The notes beneath the pieces were generated by a model, which made no database searches, was not told the origin of the DNA, and saw only the letters and a list, made by a program, of their open reading frames with translations. The translations under genes and the position numbers were made by a program. 64,000 bases of DNA from an uncultured Methanomassiliicoccales archaeon (GTDB lineage Archaea > Thermoplasmatota > Thermoplasmata > Methanomassiliicoccales > UBA472): assembly GCA_963710685.1 (NCBI GenBank), contig CAVQBH010000009.1, forward strand, positions 555,818 through 619,817, in the 5' to 3' direction. The first letter of the stretch is position 1; the number at the start of each line of letters is the position of its first letter. Of the stretch, positions 31,350 through 40,594 are shown piece after piece.

Positions 31350-31523
31350 TCACTCTTGCTTTTCCGGAGCCTTTCTGGGCCGGCTGCATATGGCGTAATC
31401 ATCGCCGTCAAAAAAGACATCCAACTCCGGGTGTTCGGCCTGGATCTCCTCGATCTTTTTGAGCACCTCTCGCAACGTAAAATCGCTGTTGCGGTCCAAC
31501 TTTACGTGCACGGTCTTCTCCAT
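31350..31523 (-). CDS. small hypothetical protein
   Basis: 57-aa ORF from ATG 31523 (MEKTVHVKLDRNSDF...). No motif recognised. Confidence 0.3.
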   Translation of the reverse strand: MEKTVHVKLDRNSDFTLREVLKKIEEIQAEHPELDVFFDGDDYAICSRPRKAPEKQE

Positions 31524-31640
31524 CTCACCACACCTGGCCAATATCCCGATTCCCTCTAAGATAGGTCGGAGAATATATATCCTTTTTTGGAGGCCGACCG
31601 ATAGTGGGGCCGTTCTCCGGTCCGGCCAGGGCAAGCGGCA

Positions 31641-33695
31641 TCATATCCTGGCCCGGTACATGTTCTTGGGGATCCGGATCTCGAACCTGACCCCTTGGCC
31701 TTCTTTGCCTTTCTCCGTGATGCTCATGCCGGTAATCGCCAGTATCTCTCTTGTCAAATACATGCCCAGTCCGGTGTTCTTGCCGAACCCCCTCTCGAAT
31801 ATCCTCGCCTTATCGGAATCTGCTATGCCCACCCCATCATCGAAATAGACCAGGGTGGCCCCCAGGTCGGACTCTTGGAACTCCAAGCCCAGGCGGGAGA
31901 CGTGGCCGCCATGCCTCAGTGAGTTGTCGACGAGATTGTAGAAGACCCTCCCCACCAGCCGGTCGCTGAATATCTTCAGGCCCTCAACGCTGGCGGTGGC
32001 TTTGACGTCCACCAGCTTGAGCTGGTTGACCGCTTCCTCGAACATGTCCCCGACCCGGTACCAGCCCGGTGGTTCGTTCCCGAGGCTCTCATAGGTCTTG
32101 GCGAACTCGATCAGGGAGTCGATGCGGGCCGAAGCCACCTTGATCTTGGCCAGGTGCCCTTTCAGTTTCGATGGGTCATCCTCTGATTCGGCCAGCTGGG
32201 TATGGCCGTTGATCACCATCAGGTCGTTCCGGATGTCGTGCCTGGTGATGGTGGACAGCAAGTTCAGCTTCATGTTGACGGACTGGACCGAGGCGCTGAG
32301 CCGTTTCATCTCGCTGATGTCGTTGTATTCGGCAAAGACCGCGTTGGCACCGTGGTAATCGACCAGGATGGCGGAGGTGGAGGCCCAGAACGTCCCGCCC
32401 TCGGCATCCCTCATCATGAGCTCGAAATCGTCCATGTGACCGTTCTCGTCGATGGACCGAAGGACGCTTCTCCTGAGGCCCGGATCCTCATAGTAGTCCT
32501 GGATGCAGGTCTTGAGGGCCGCCTCCTTACCGACCTTGAAATGGTGCTCCGCCCTCCGGTTGACGAAAAGCAGTCTTCCGTCATCCTTTCTGGCGATGGT
32601 GATGGGAAACGGGGAGGAGTCCAACAGTTCCCGATATCTTTCCTCGCTCAACCTCAGCTCGTTCTCGGCCTTCTTTCTCTCGGTTATGTCCCTCAGGAGG
32701 ATCAGTTTGTTGCCTACCGGTCCGGCCCGGGAGAGACCGATCACGGTCGCTTCGTAGATCAGACCGTCACTTTCCACTATTCCTTCCAGTTCCTCGACGA
32801 AATCGGATTGGCCTCCCAGCTTGTCATAGAACGCGGGGCCTGCGGGCATGATCGCGCTCAGCTCCGAACCGACGCTGCGGGTCCCGCTGAGGCCGAGCTT
32901 GACCGCCGAGGCCTTGTTGTAGTCGACCAAACGGTCCTTCTCATCGACGACCAGGTAGAGGTCGGACAGATTGTCGACCACCTCGGACCGGGCAACCGGC
33001 CTTAGGTCCATTATCCGGTAAGAGAACAACGCCCAGAAGAAGAGCATCCCGGTCACGATCATCGAACTGGAGGCAAAGCTGTAGCCTTGGATGGGCGTGA
33101 TGCCCAGGTTGAAAAGGAGATCGATGGCGGTGGGGATCAGGGTCCCCAGGATCAGGATCGCCGCCTGTTTCGAATAGATCGCTCGGGCGCCCTTGGTCGA
33201 CCCGATGAGGATGGCGATGGTGGCGATGGACAATAGATAGCTGTAGACCACGTAGATCCAGTACCAGGGGCCGCTGCTGAAGGTGAGGACGCTGAAGTCA
33301 CCAACATCGCGCAGACCGAAGTCATAGCGGAACAGATGGGTATAGTCAGACGTGAGCATGACAAGGACGGTCAGCGTGGGCACCATCGAGAGCAACAGGA
33401 TGTTCCTCTTGGTCAGCCAGAGCGCTTTTCCCGCGTAACTGGCCGACATCAACAGGTAGGTCAGCATGATGAACGGGAGGAAGATGAAGCGGATCCTTTC
33501 GAACAACACCTTGTCAGAAAGGAGGCCGGCGTTGAGCTCCAGACCGTACAGCAGGGCCCAGATCATCCCGATCGCAATGGCCGCCCGGAAGAATCTGGCC
33601 TCTGGAACGTCCCTGAAGCGCAGGCTGAAAATGAACACCGCGGCCAACATCATAGTGGCGATGATCTGCGGCAACAGTATCGTGCTGACGGCCAT
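31641..33695 (-). CDS. membrane-bound sensor histidine kinase (multi-TM + 2 PAS)
   Basis: About 7 N-terminal TM helices, two PAS-like regions, phospho-acceptor ITRHDIRNDL, HATPase_c (DNSLRHGG, DDGVGI, GLGMYL). Confidence 0.8.
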   Translation of the reverse strand: MAVSTILLPQIIATMMLAAVFIFSLRFRDVPEARFFRAAIAIGMIWALLYGLELNAGLLSDKVLFERIRFIFLPFIMLTYLLMSASYAGKALWLTKRNILLLSMVPTLTVLVMLTSDYTHLFRYDFGLRDVGDFSVLTFSSGPWYWIYVVYSYLLSIATIAILIGSTKGARAIYSKQAAILILGTLIPTAIDLLFNLGITPIQGYSFASSSMIVTGMLFFWALFSYRIMDLRPVARSEVVDNLSDLYLVVDEKDRLVDYNKASAVKLGLSGTRSVGSELSAIMPAGPAFYDKLGGQSDFVEELEGIVESDGLIYEATVIGLSRAGPVGNKLILLRDITERKKAENELRLSEERYRELLDSSPFPITIARKDDGRLLFVNRRAEHHFKVGKEAALKTCIQDYYEDPGLRRSVLRSIDENGHMDDFELMMRDAEGGTFWASTSAILVDYHGANAVFAEYNDISEMKRLSASVQSVNMKLNLLSTITRHDIRNDLMVINGHTQLAESEDDPSKLKGHLAKIKVASARIDSLIEFAKTYESLGNEPPGWYRVGDMFEEAVNQLKLVDVKATASVEGLKIFSDRLVGRVFYNLVDNSLRHGGHVSRLGLEFQESDLGATLVYFDDGVGIADSDKARIFERGFGKNTGLGMYLTREILAITGMSITEKGKEGQGVRFEIRIPKNMYRARI

Positions 33696-33943
33696 TGTCC
33701 TGGTCTCGGATTCGAATCATGGACCAAGCTATATAATCCATCTGGACAAAGAACGAAGGTGGAGAATCTGCCCGAAACCGTTTTAAGACCACATCGTCAG
33801 TGGATCTCCGGCCGCTCTTGTACATTGAGCTTGATGATCGAGTCTCCAACCCCATCCAAAGGGACGATTCCGCGACTGACTGGCTAACTTAATATCCATT
33901 CGAAGAACCACTCGGAACATCTTATATAGATGTCTGGTCGGTC

Positions 33944-35920
33944 ATGAATCGTCTTAATCTCACCGTACAGGAATTAACAATGGCTGCTAGTAAGAAATTG
34001 GACGCCCCTCCACCAGAGATCCGCTTGGAGCCCGGGCCTGTCAGCGACGACATCAGCATCGCTTCCAAGGCCAACGAGAGCGCGGGCCTCAAATCCTGGC
34101 TGGAAGGCGGGGACGATTTCCTGACCTGGCTCAACGAAGGGGCCGAAGATCATCAGGCGGCCGCCAACGAACCGGGGACCGGGGTCGAGGCCAGCTCGGA
34201 TCTCATCAACGAGCTCAAGGACCGGCTGAAGAAGTACGAGGATGAACTGCGCCTGCTGAAGCAGAAGCTGGCCGAGGCGTTCATGGAGAACGCTTCGGAT
34301 TCGGCGAGCAAGGACGTGGAGGTCGACCTGGGCCGGAAATTGCAGGAGCTCATCGAGGCGAAGGACCGGCTGGGGCTCGAGGTGGACCGGCTGCAGACCC
34401 TGAACGACGAGATAAAGCAGCATTTCCAACAATCACTGGCCAATGTTTCGGAGGACAAATCGTCCCTGCTCATGAAAGAGATAGAGCTCAAGGAGAAGGA
34501 GTCGAAGCTCCTGACCCGGGTGAGGGAGCTCGAGCTCAGGCAGCGTGACGCGTCAAGTTACACATCGAAAGAGGTGGAGGCGAACCTGGAGGAACGGTTC
34601 CACACCGAGCTCAGGCAGAAGGAGACGGAGTGGAGGTACAAGGAACAGCAATTGCTCAACCGCATCCAGGACATGGAGAAGGAGCTCCTCCGGCTCTCGA
34701 TGGACCTCAAGCTGAAGGACGACAAGCTGAAGATCTCCAATCTGGGAAAGCCGGACATAGAGAAGGCCGTTTCCCAGAAGTACGAGGAGATGATGGCCAA
34801 GGAGAAGGAATCGGCCATAATGCAGAGGGAGCTGGACCAGATGAAGATCCAGGTCCGGGAGAAGGACGACGAGCTGAAGAAGATCAAGGACGTCGTGACT
34901 TACAAGGAGGACGAGCTCAACCGCCGCGAGGAGGACATGATGTACCGGGAGAAGGTCCTCTCCGGGGAGAAGCTCAAGTTCGAGGAGACCCGCAAGGAGC
35001 TCAGCGGCACCGACGAGGTGGAGCTCAAGAAACGCATCGAAGAGCTCCGCAACGAGGTCCAGAAGAAGGAAGAGGACCTGCGCGCCAAGGAACGGTTCCT
35101 GAACACCAAGGCGGAGGAGATCCGGTTGCGCGAGTCCGGCATCATCGAGGACGAGATACTGGCCCGTGAGAAGGACCGGATCCTCGAAGCGACCCAGGCC
35201 AAGGTCAAGACCGGCAACACCAGGTTGGACGACCTGCTTCTCGGAGGCATACCGTTCGGTTCCAACATCATGGTCCACGGCCCGCCCTTCGTGGGCAAGG
35301 AGGTCATGGTCAACTCGTTCATCGGGGAAGGCCTGAAGAAGGGCATCCCGGCGCTGTGGGTGATCACCGACAAGACCCCCAAGGACATCCGGGAGGAGAT
35401 GAAGTTCGTGCTCTCCGGCTACGACGAGTATGAGAGGAGGGGGCTGGTCCGGTACATAGACGCCTTCTCACGTTCGATGGGTGACGAGTCCAAGGACGAG
35501 TTCACGGTCTATATCGACGAGCCGACCGACCACGAGAAGATATCCGAGGCGGTGGAGACCATCACCAAGTCGTTCCGGGAGAGCCACGAATACTACCGGA
35601 TGGCGTTCCGTTCCATTTCCACGCTGATAGCGTATTCGGACCCCAACACCGCGTTCCGGTTCCTGTCGCCCCTGTGCGGCAAGCGGAAGAGGGACAAGGC
35701 GGTCTCGATGTTCACCGTCGAGAAGGGCATGCACGGGGAGCAGGAGATCCAGATGCTCGGCTCCATCATGGACGGCATGATCGATTTCAAGGTCGACCAG
35801 CTGAAGACCTTCTTCTCGGTGCAGGGCATCAGCGAGGTCCAGTCCCGTGCCTACATCAGGTACACGGCATCGAAGCATGCATTGCAGATCGGCTCGTTCG
35901 CCCTGGACCACATCCGGTGA
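33944..35920 (+). CDS. long coiled-coil protein fused to a C-terminal KaiC/RecA-like (FlaH-like) domain with deviant Walker A
   Basis: Residues ~85-415 are heptad-rich and E/K/L/R-biased. The C-terminal ~240 aa is KaiC-like (RLDDLLLGGIPFGSNIMVHGPPFVGKEV). The Walker A Ser/Thr is replaced by Glu (35279-35302). Start is 33944 or 33980. Confidence 0.7.
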   Translation: MNRLNLTVQELTMAASKKLDAPPPEIRLEPGPVSDDISIASKANESAGLKSWLEGGDDFLTWLNEGAEDHQAAANEPGTGVEASSDLINELKDRLKKYEDELRLLKQKLAEAFMENASDSASKDVEVDLGRKLQELIEAKDRLGLEVDRLQTLNDEIKQHFQQSLANVSEDKSSLLMKEIELKEKESKLLTRVRELELRQRDASSYTSKEVEANLEERFHTELRQKETEWRYKEQQLLNRIQDMEKELLRLSMDLKLKDDKLKISNLGKPDIEKAVSQKYEEMMAKEKESAIMQRELDQMKIQVREKDDELKKIKDVVTYKEDELNRREEDMMYREKVLSGEKLKFEETRKELSGTDEVELKKRIEELRNEVQKKEEDLRAKERFLNTKAEEIRLRESGIIEDEILAREKDRILEATQAKVKTGNTRLDDLLLGGIPFGSNIMVHGPPFVGKEVMVNSFIGEGLKKGIPALWVITDKTPKDIREEMKFVLSGYDEYERRGLVRYIDAFSRSMGDESKDEFTVYIDEPTDHEKISEAVETITKSFRESHEYYRMAFRSISTLIAYSDPNTAFRFLSPLCGKRKRDKAVSMFTVEKGMHGEQEIQMLGSIMDGMIDFKVDQLKTFFSVQGISEVQSRAYIRYTASKHALQIGSFALDHIR

Positions 35921-36070
35921 ACGGACCGGGTTTCGGAAAGGATCGGCCAGTCCAAACAACGCATCCGAAAAATCATCAGACCGCACAGCGACGCCCTTAC
36001 ATCGTCAGGTGGACGAGTTCAATGACATCCTGAACGGTACTGACCCGAAGTATCGGGAACGTTCCAGGTC

Positions 36071-36535
36071 TCAACTGTACCCGACGACCCCGGTTCCGGG
36101 CTTGATATCCCCTTTCTTCTGCACGTTGATCTGCGGGAGCGGGAAAGGCGGCGGGAGCTTGATGTCCCTGGCGACCAGCAATGCCGTCGGCAGACAATTG
36201 GAAACGACGGTGTTGTGCACCACGTTCGCATCGTCCACCGGCATCGAGCCGTCCTTGGTCCATTCCGTCATGATGGCGTCGGCGTTCCCGTCACCGATGA
36301 GCTGGCCCTCGATCTTGATGAAGCCCATCCCGGAATAGTTAGCGGTGAACCGGAAATCAACGGAAACCGACTCGTTCGAGATCCTCACCACCTGGGTGAT
36401 GCTGCTGTTCTGATCGATGCGGATGTTGGCCACGCGCTCCCCTGATCTGGAGAATCGTTTCGCCTCGATGACGCTCATCTCGAAGGATTTGACCTGCATA
36501 TTCACCGTGCACCCTATCGGTGCAAGCGATATCAA
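36071..36535 (-). CDS. hypothetical protein with SecB-like sequence pattern
   Basis: About 142-154 aa. The C-terminal NCLPTALLVARDIKLPPPFPLPQINV resembles the SecB block CPNILFPYARE...FPQLNLAPVNF (recalled). The start may be ATG 36499. Confidence 0.35.
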   Translation of the reverse strand: MISLAPIGCTVNMQVKSFEMSVIEAKRFSRSGERVANIRIDQNSSITQVVRISNESVSVDFRFTANYSGMGFIKIEGQLIGDGNADAIMTEWTKDGSMPVDDANVVHNTVVSNCLPTALLVARDIKLPPPFPLPQINVQKKGDIKPGTGVVGYS

Positions 36536-36571
36536 ACTTTGTTATTCTTCCTAGAAGAGAAGGATAAGAAG

Positions 36572-36644
36572 TGCCGCAGGCCGGGCTCGAACCAGCGACT
36601 TCAAGGTCTTCAGCCTTGCACTCTCCCAGCTGAGTTACTGCGGC
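36572..36644 (-). tRNA. tRNA-Phe (GAA)
   Basis: Reverse complement folds by eye as a cloverleaf: acceptor GCCGCAG/CTGCGGC, anticodon arm CAAGG-CTGAAGA-CCTTG, T-arm GGTTCGAGCC. CCA is not encoded. Confidence 0.9.
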
Positions 36645-36670
36645 TTGGCGTTCAGAGAAAGTGGAATACC

Positions 36671-36678
36671 ATTATAAA
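36671..36678 (-). promoter_or_regulatory. candidate archaeal TATA box for tRNA-Phe
   Basis: TTTATAAT on the minus strand, beginning 27 nt upstream of the tRNA 5' end, within cCTTTATAATGg. Confidence 0.5.
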
Positions 36679-36870
36679 GGTTGGCATGTCCGCGGTCCAG
36701 CGGGATAATGGCGTGCTTGCCCGTTCGAATGCCTTTCTCCGTGCCCCAAACATGCACCCGAGGACAGATACATCGTAGACTAAACCTTAATTTCGCAAAT
36801 GGCCAGACAGCTCAGAATGTTTAAATACTCACGATTAACTGCTTTCACGATACGATTTTGAGGCTCCAGT

Positions 36871-37815
36871 ATGGTCAAAGTTGCCTTTCGAAAGAGCATT
36901 CTGAGCAGATCGAGCCGGGCTCGATGCATACGCCGGGACGAAGAAGGGATAGCCTCGGTAATAGGCACCATCATGGCCCTCTTAATCTTCATGACCTTCA
37001 TGACGATGTTCGTCAACACCTACATCCCGATCTGGATGAAGGAGAACGAAAGACTCCACATGAACGACGTACAGGATCAGATGGGCGAGATCAAGGGAAA
37101 GATCGACAATCTGATCGTGGGCGCAGAGATCACCGGCACCAGCACCATCAACACATATCAGACCCTAACCATGGGAGCGGACGGCATACCGATCTTCGCC
37201 TCTCCCACCGCAGGGGCAGTCATCCTGAAACCAACTGGCGTCTCCGGCAGCGGGGTCAATGTGCAATTCAATTACACGGTGAACAACCAGAAGGTGCCGG
37301 TCAACGAGAACGGGGGCGGTAAACTGGAGTTCTACGCTCCGAACCGCTACTATGTGGAGCAATGGCTGGCCTACGAGAACGGTGGCCTGATCGTGAAGCA
37401 GGACCAGGGAGAGGCCATGAAGGCCATGCCCTCGTTCGGACTGACCAAGTCTGGAAATAACGTCAACGTCGATTTCACCCAGATCGACATCGTCGGCACG
37501 AACAGCACCATGGCCGGTACCGGGGTGGCCGGCGTCAACATCGACCTGATCTATCTGGATGCCCAGAAATACACGCCGCATTTCGGGACCGGGGCCGATC
37601 AGAACACGACCATGTTCAAGTTCACCACGGTATATGGGGTGTCGTTCATGAGCTTCATGAACAGCACCATAAAGAATGCGAACCTCCAGCCCAGCGATTA
37701 CAAATTGACCGAAACCGTCAACACAGACAAATCGAACACGATTACCCTGAAGATAATCAACACCGGAACGTTAACGCTCAACCGGGCGTTCGTCAAGATT
37801 GATATCGGTGTGTAA
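36871..37815 (+). CDS. archaeal type IV pilin-like protein (class III signal peptide, Pilin_N/DUF1628-like N-terminus)
   Basis: A basic N-terminus followed by EEGIASVIGTIMALLIFMTFMTMF, which is the (A/V)S(P/V)VIG hydrophobic-helix pattern of archaeal prepilins. A TTTAAATA box lies about 45 nt upstream. Confidence 0.6.
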   Translation: MVKVAFRKSILSRSSRARCIRRDEEGIASVIGTIMALLIFMTFMTMFVNTYIPIWMKENERLHMNDVQDQMGEIKGKIDNLIVGAEITGTSTINTYQTLTMGADGIPIFASPTAGAVILKPTGVSGSGVNVQFNYTVNNQKVPVNENGGGKLEFYAPNRYYVEQWLAYENGGLIVKQDQGEAMKAMPSFGLTKSGNNVNVDFTQIDIVGTNSTMAGTGVAGVNIDLIYLDAQKYTPHFGTGADQNTTMFKFTTVYGVSFMSFMNSTIKNANLQPSDYKLTETVNTDKSNTITLKIINTGTLTLNRAFVKIDIGV

Positions 37816-37827
37816 GGGCGATTTGAC

Positions 37828-39555
37828 ATGACCAAAGAAGCAGACCCGATGGCCCGAGAGAACAGGAAAAAGGGAGACCAAGCCAAGGACAGCTCCATGC
37901 TTCGGGCTAAGGAGGGCTACATCCGATTCCTAAAGCGGGTCGCACCCAACCGGGGCATACGCGTATTACTTCCCTCAAAGACCGTGGAACTGAAACGCAT
38001 CCAGAAAGGTTCACACGTCACCGAGATCTCGGTGAACAAGAACCCCAACATCGAGATCCTGGAGACATATCCGGTCCAGGAACCGTACAGTTACGTCCGG
38101 GTCTCCTTCAACAACGAGAACAGCGAATATCTCTACGAGGTGATCGAGCCCGAATTGAACCGGGAGGAGAAGGATCTGCTGGCCCTTATCAAGGACACCT
38201 TCCAGCGTACTCTCGGCTACGAGTGGGAGAAGCTCACCTCATTGGACAAGGAGGAGTATCTGAGGGAGAGCGTGGACTCCTTCATCCAGACCAGGGGCAT
38301 CAAGGTCGAGCCGATCGCCAAGAAGAAGCTCGGCTACTACATCATCCGCGATTTCATCGGCCATGGGGTCATCGACGTGATGATGCGCGACGACGATATC
38401 GAGGACATCTCCTGCGACGGGTTCAACATCCCCATCTTCGTTTCGCACCGCAAGTACGAATCGGTGCGGTCCAACATCATCTTTGACAACGAGGACTCCC
38501 TGAACAACTTCGTGGTGACGCTATCGCAGAGAAGCGGGAAGCAGATATCCGTTTCCAGCCCGATCCTGGACGGGACCACCATCGAAGGGCATCGTATCCA
38601 GGCAACATATTCACGTGAGGTGACCACCAGGGGTTCCACGTTCACCATCCGGCGGTTCAAGCACCGCCCGTTCACACCGGTCGACCTGCTGAAGTACAAG
38701 ACCGTCTCCCCGGAGATGATGGCCTATCTGTGGCTAGGGGTGGAGAACGGGGAATCGATGATCCTGTGCGGCGGCACGGCCTCCGGCAAGACGTCGGCGC
38801 TGAACTCGCTGGCGCTGTTCATCCCGCCGGGGGCGAAGATCGTCTCCATGGAGGATACCCGCGAGATCAACCTGCCCCATGAGAACTGGATACCGGGCAT
38901 GACCCGCACCGGGGTGGGGGAGAAGGACCGGGACGGCAAGTCGGCCGGGGAGATCGACATGTTCGACCTGGTGCGTGCCGCCCTCAGACAGCGTCCGAAC
39001 TACATCATAGTCGGTGAGGTCCGGGGCAAGGAGACGTACATCATGTTCCAGGCGATGGCCACGGGGCACTCGACCTATTCCACGATGCACGCCGACTCGG
39101 TCAAGTCGATGGTCAACAGGCTGGAGAACCCGCCCATCAATTGTCCCAGGATCCTGCTGACCGCCCTGCGCAATGTGCTCATCCAGGCCCAGGTGCGGGT
39201 CGGCAACGACCTGGTGCGTCGGATGAAGCAGGTCATCGAGATCGTCGGTTTCGAGCCGGAGACGAACGAACTGATCACCAACACCGTCTATGAATGGGAC
39301 CAGGCGACGGACCGGTTCATCTACAAGGGCCACTCGTTCCTGTTCGACAAGATCATGGAGATGAAATCGCTCACCCACGACGAGATGATGACCGAATTCC
39401 AAAAACGGATTGAGATCGTCAATTACATGGTGTTCAAGGACATGACCGACTACCGTAAGATCTGGGCCATCACCAATGCCTATTACAAGGATCCCGAGAA
39501 GACCCTCGCCCGGGTAAGGAAGGAAACCGAGGAGGAGAGCAAGAATGTCGCCTGA
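37828..39555 (+). CDS. FlaI/ArlI-type (VirB11/GspE superfamily) type IV pilus assembly ATPase, paralog 1
   Basis: 575 aa. Walker A CGGTASGKTSALN, Walker B NYIIVGEVRG, His-box region ATGHSTYSTMHA. Confidence 0.9.
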   Translation: MTKEADPMARENRKKGDQAKDSSMLRAKEGYIRFLKRVAPNRGIRVLLPSKTVELKRIQKGSHVTEISVNKNPNIEILETYPVQEPYSYVRVSFNNENSEYLYEVIEPELNREEKDLLALIKDTFQRTLGYEWEKLTSLDKEEYLRESVDSFIQTRGIKVEPIAKKKLGYYIIRDFIGHGVIDVMMRDDDIEDISCDGFNIPIFVSHRKYESVRSNIIFDNEDSLNNFVVTLSQRSGKQISVSSPILDGTTIEGHRIQATYSREVTTRGSTFTIRRFKHRPFTPVDLLKYKTVSPEMMAYLWLGVENGESMILCGGTASGKTSALNSLALFIPPGAKIVSMEDTREINLPHENWIPGMTRTGVGEKDRDGKSAGEIDMFDLVRAALRQRPNYIIVGEVRGKETYIMFQAMATGHSTYSTMHADSVKSMVNRLENPPINCPRILLTALRNVLIQAQVRVGNDLVRRMKQVIEIVGFEPETNELITNTVYEWDQATDRFIYKGHSFLFDKIMEMKSLTHDEMMTEFQKRIEIVNYMVFKDMTDYRKIWAITNAYYKDPEKTLARVRKETEEESKNVA

Positions 39556-40585
39556 AATCTCAGACCTGTTCTCGAAGGTGGATTCGGGTAAAAGCACCTA
39601 CATGAAGACCAAGAAGATAGGCGAGCACAAGAAGGAGCTGGGACCCCGGGTGGTCCGGCTGCCTCACGGCGTCGTCCCCGACTACGTCAAGCTCACCAAG
39701 TACCAGGAGTTCTGCTGGAGAACGATCGGGAAGATCGTCCATCTCCGGGCCAAGCCCAACCCCAAGCAGGAATCGCTCCTGCTCCAGGCGCACATGCGGA
39801 TGCGGCAGGAGGAGTTCGTCGCCTATGTCTGGATGACGACCCTGCTGGTCGGCATCATCGCCGCACTGATCAGCGTCTTCTTCGGCACCGTTTTCATCGC
39901 CTTTCTCCACATAAGTCCGGCGCTGGCCATATTCTTTTCAGTGCTGGTGGTGATCATACCCACCCTGATGACCTATGTGCTCATCAACGGGACGCCCGGT
40001 TCGAGGGCCAAGGCGCGCAAACGGGACATCGACAAGCGGATCGGTCCAGCGATGTCCTTCATCTCGGCCATGGCGTCCGCCGATGTCAACATCGACGTCA
40101 TTTTCAAGGAGCTTTCCCGCCAGCCGATCTACGGGGAGATCCAGAAGGAGTCGGAGTGGATCACCCGGGACACGGAGCTGCTGGGCATCGACATCCTCAC
40201 CGCCATCAGCAAGGCGGCGCAGCGTACCCCGTCGCAGCGATTCCAGGAGTTCCTGCAGGGAGTGGTCACCACCTCCACTTCCGGCGGTCAGCTGAAACCC
40301 TACTTCCTGCAGAAGGCGGAGCAGTTCGAGAAGGAGCACAAGCTCGAGATACGCGGCCAGCTGGAGACACTGGGCCTCATGGCCGAATCGTTCGTCACCG
40401 TGGTGGTCGCCTTCCCGCTGTTCCTGATCGTCATCATGGCCATCATGGCCATCGTGCCCGGCGGCGGCGGGAGCGCCAGTACGACCATAACCCTGCTCTA
40501 TGCGGTCGTGGGCCTGATGGTGCCGATGTCGCAGTTCGGTTTCATCTTCTTCATCTGGAACATCACGAAGGAGTCAACGATGTGA
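39545..40585 (+). CDS. type II secretion system F (FlaJ/TadB-like) platform protein, single-domain, part 1
   Basis: One T2SSF-like domain (IDKRIGPAMSFISAMASADVNIDVIFKEL...GGQLKPYF) flanked by TM helices. 11-nt overlap with the upstream ATPase gene. Confidence 0.8.
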   Translation: MSPEISDLFSKVDSGKSTYMKTKKIGEHKKELGPRVVRLPHGVVPDYVKLTKYQEFCWRTIGKIVHLRAKPNPKQESLLLQAHMRMRQEEFVAYVWMTTLLVGIIAALISVFFGTVFIAFLHISPALAIFFSVLVVIIPTLMTYVLINGTPGSRAKARKRDIDKRIGPAMSFISAMASADVNIDVIFKELSRQPIYGEIQKESEWITRDTELLGIDILTAISKAAQRTPSQRFQEFLQGVVTTSTSGGQLKPYFLQKAEQFEKEHKLEIRGQLETLGLMAESFVTVVVAFPLFLIVIMAIMAIVPGGGGSASTTITLLYAVVGLMVPMSQFGFIFFIWNITKESTM

Positions 40586-40594
40586 GGTGCTTCA

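Noticed and set aside
35921-36870. tRNA-Phe as the attachment site of an integrated element carrying the pilus/adhesin island.
   Set aside because: No integrase is present, and I could not spot a direct repeat of the tRNA 3' half elsewhere in the window. The island GC is host-like, and the tRNA 3' end faces away from the pilus operon.
40583-40585. TGA between the two platform ORFs as a selenocysteine or other recoding site.
   Set aside because: The position is an inter-domain linker with no catalytic role. It is immediately followed by an SD-like GGTG and an ATG, which is typical of stop-start coupling. No Sec machinery or SECIS evidence is visible in the window.
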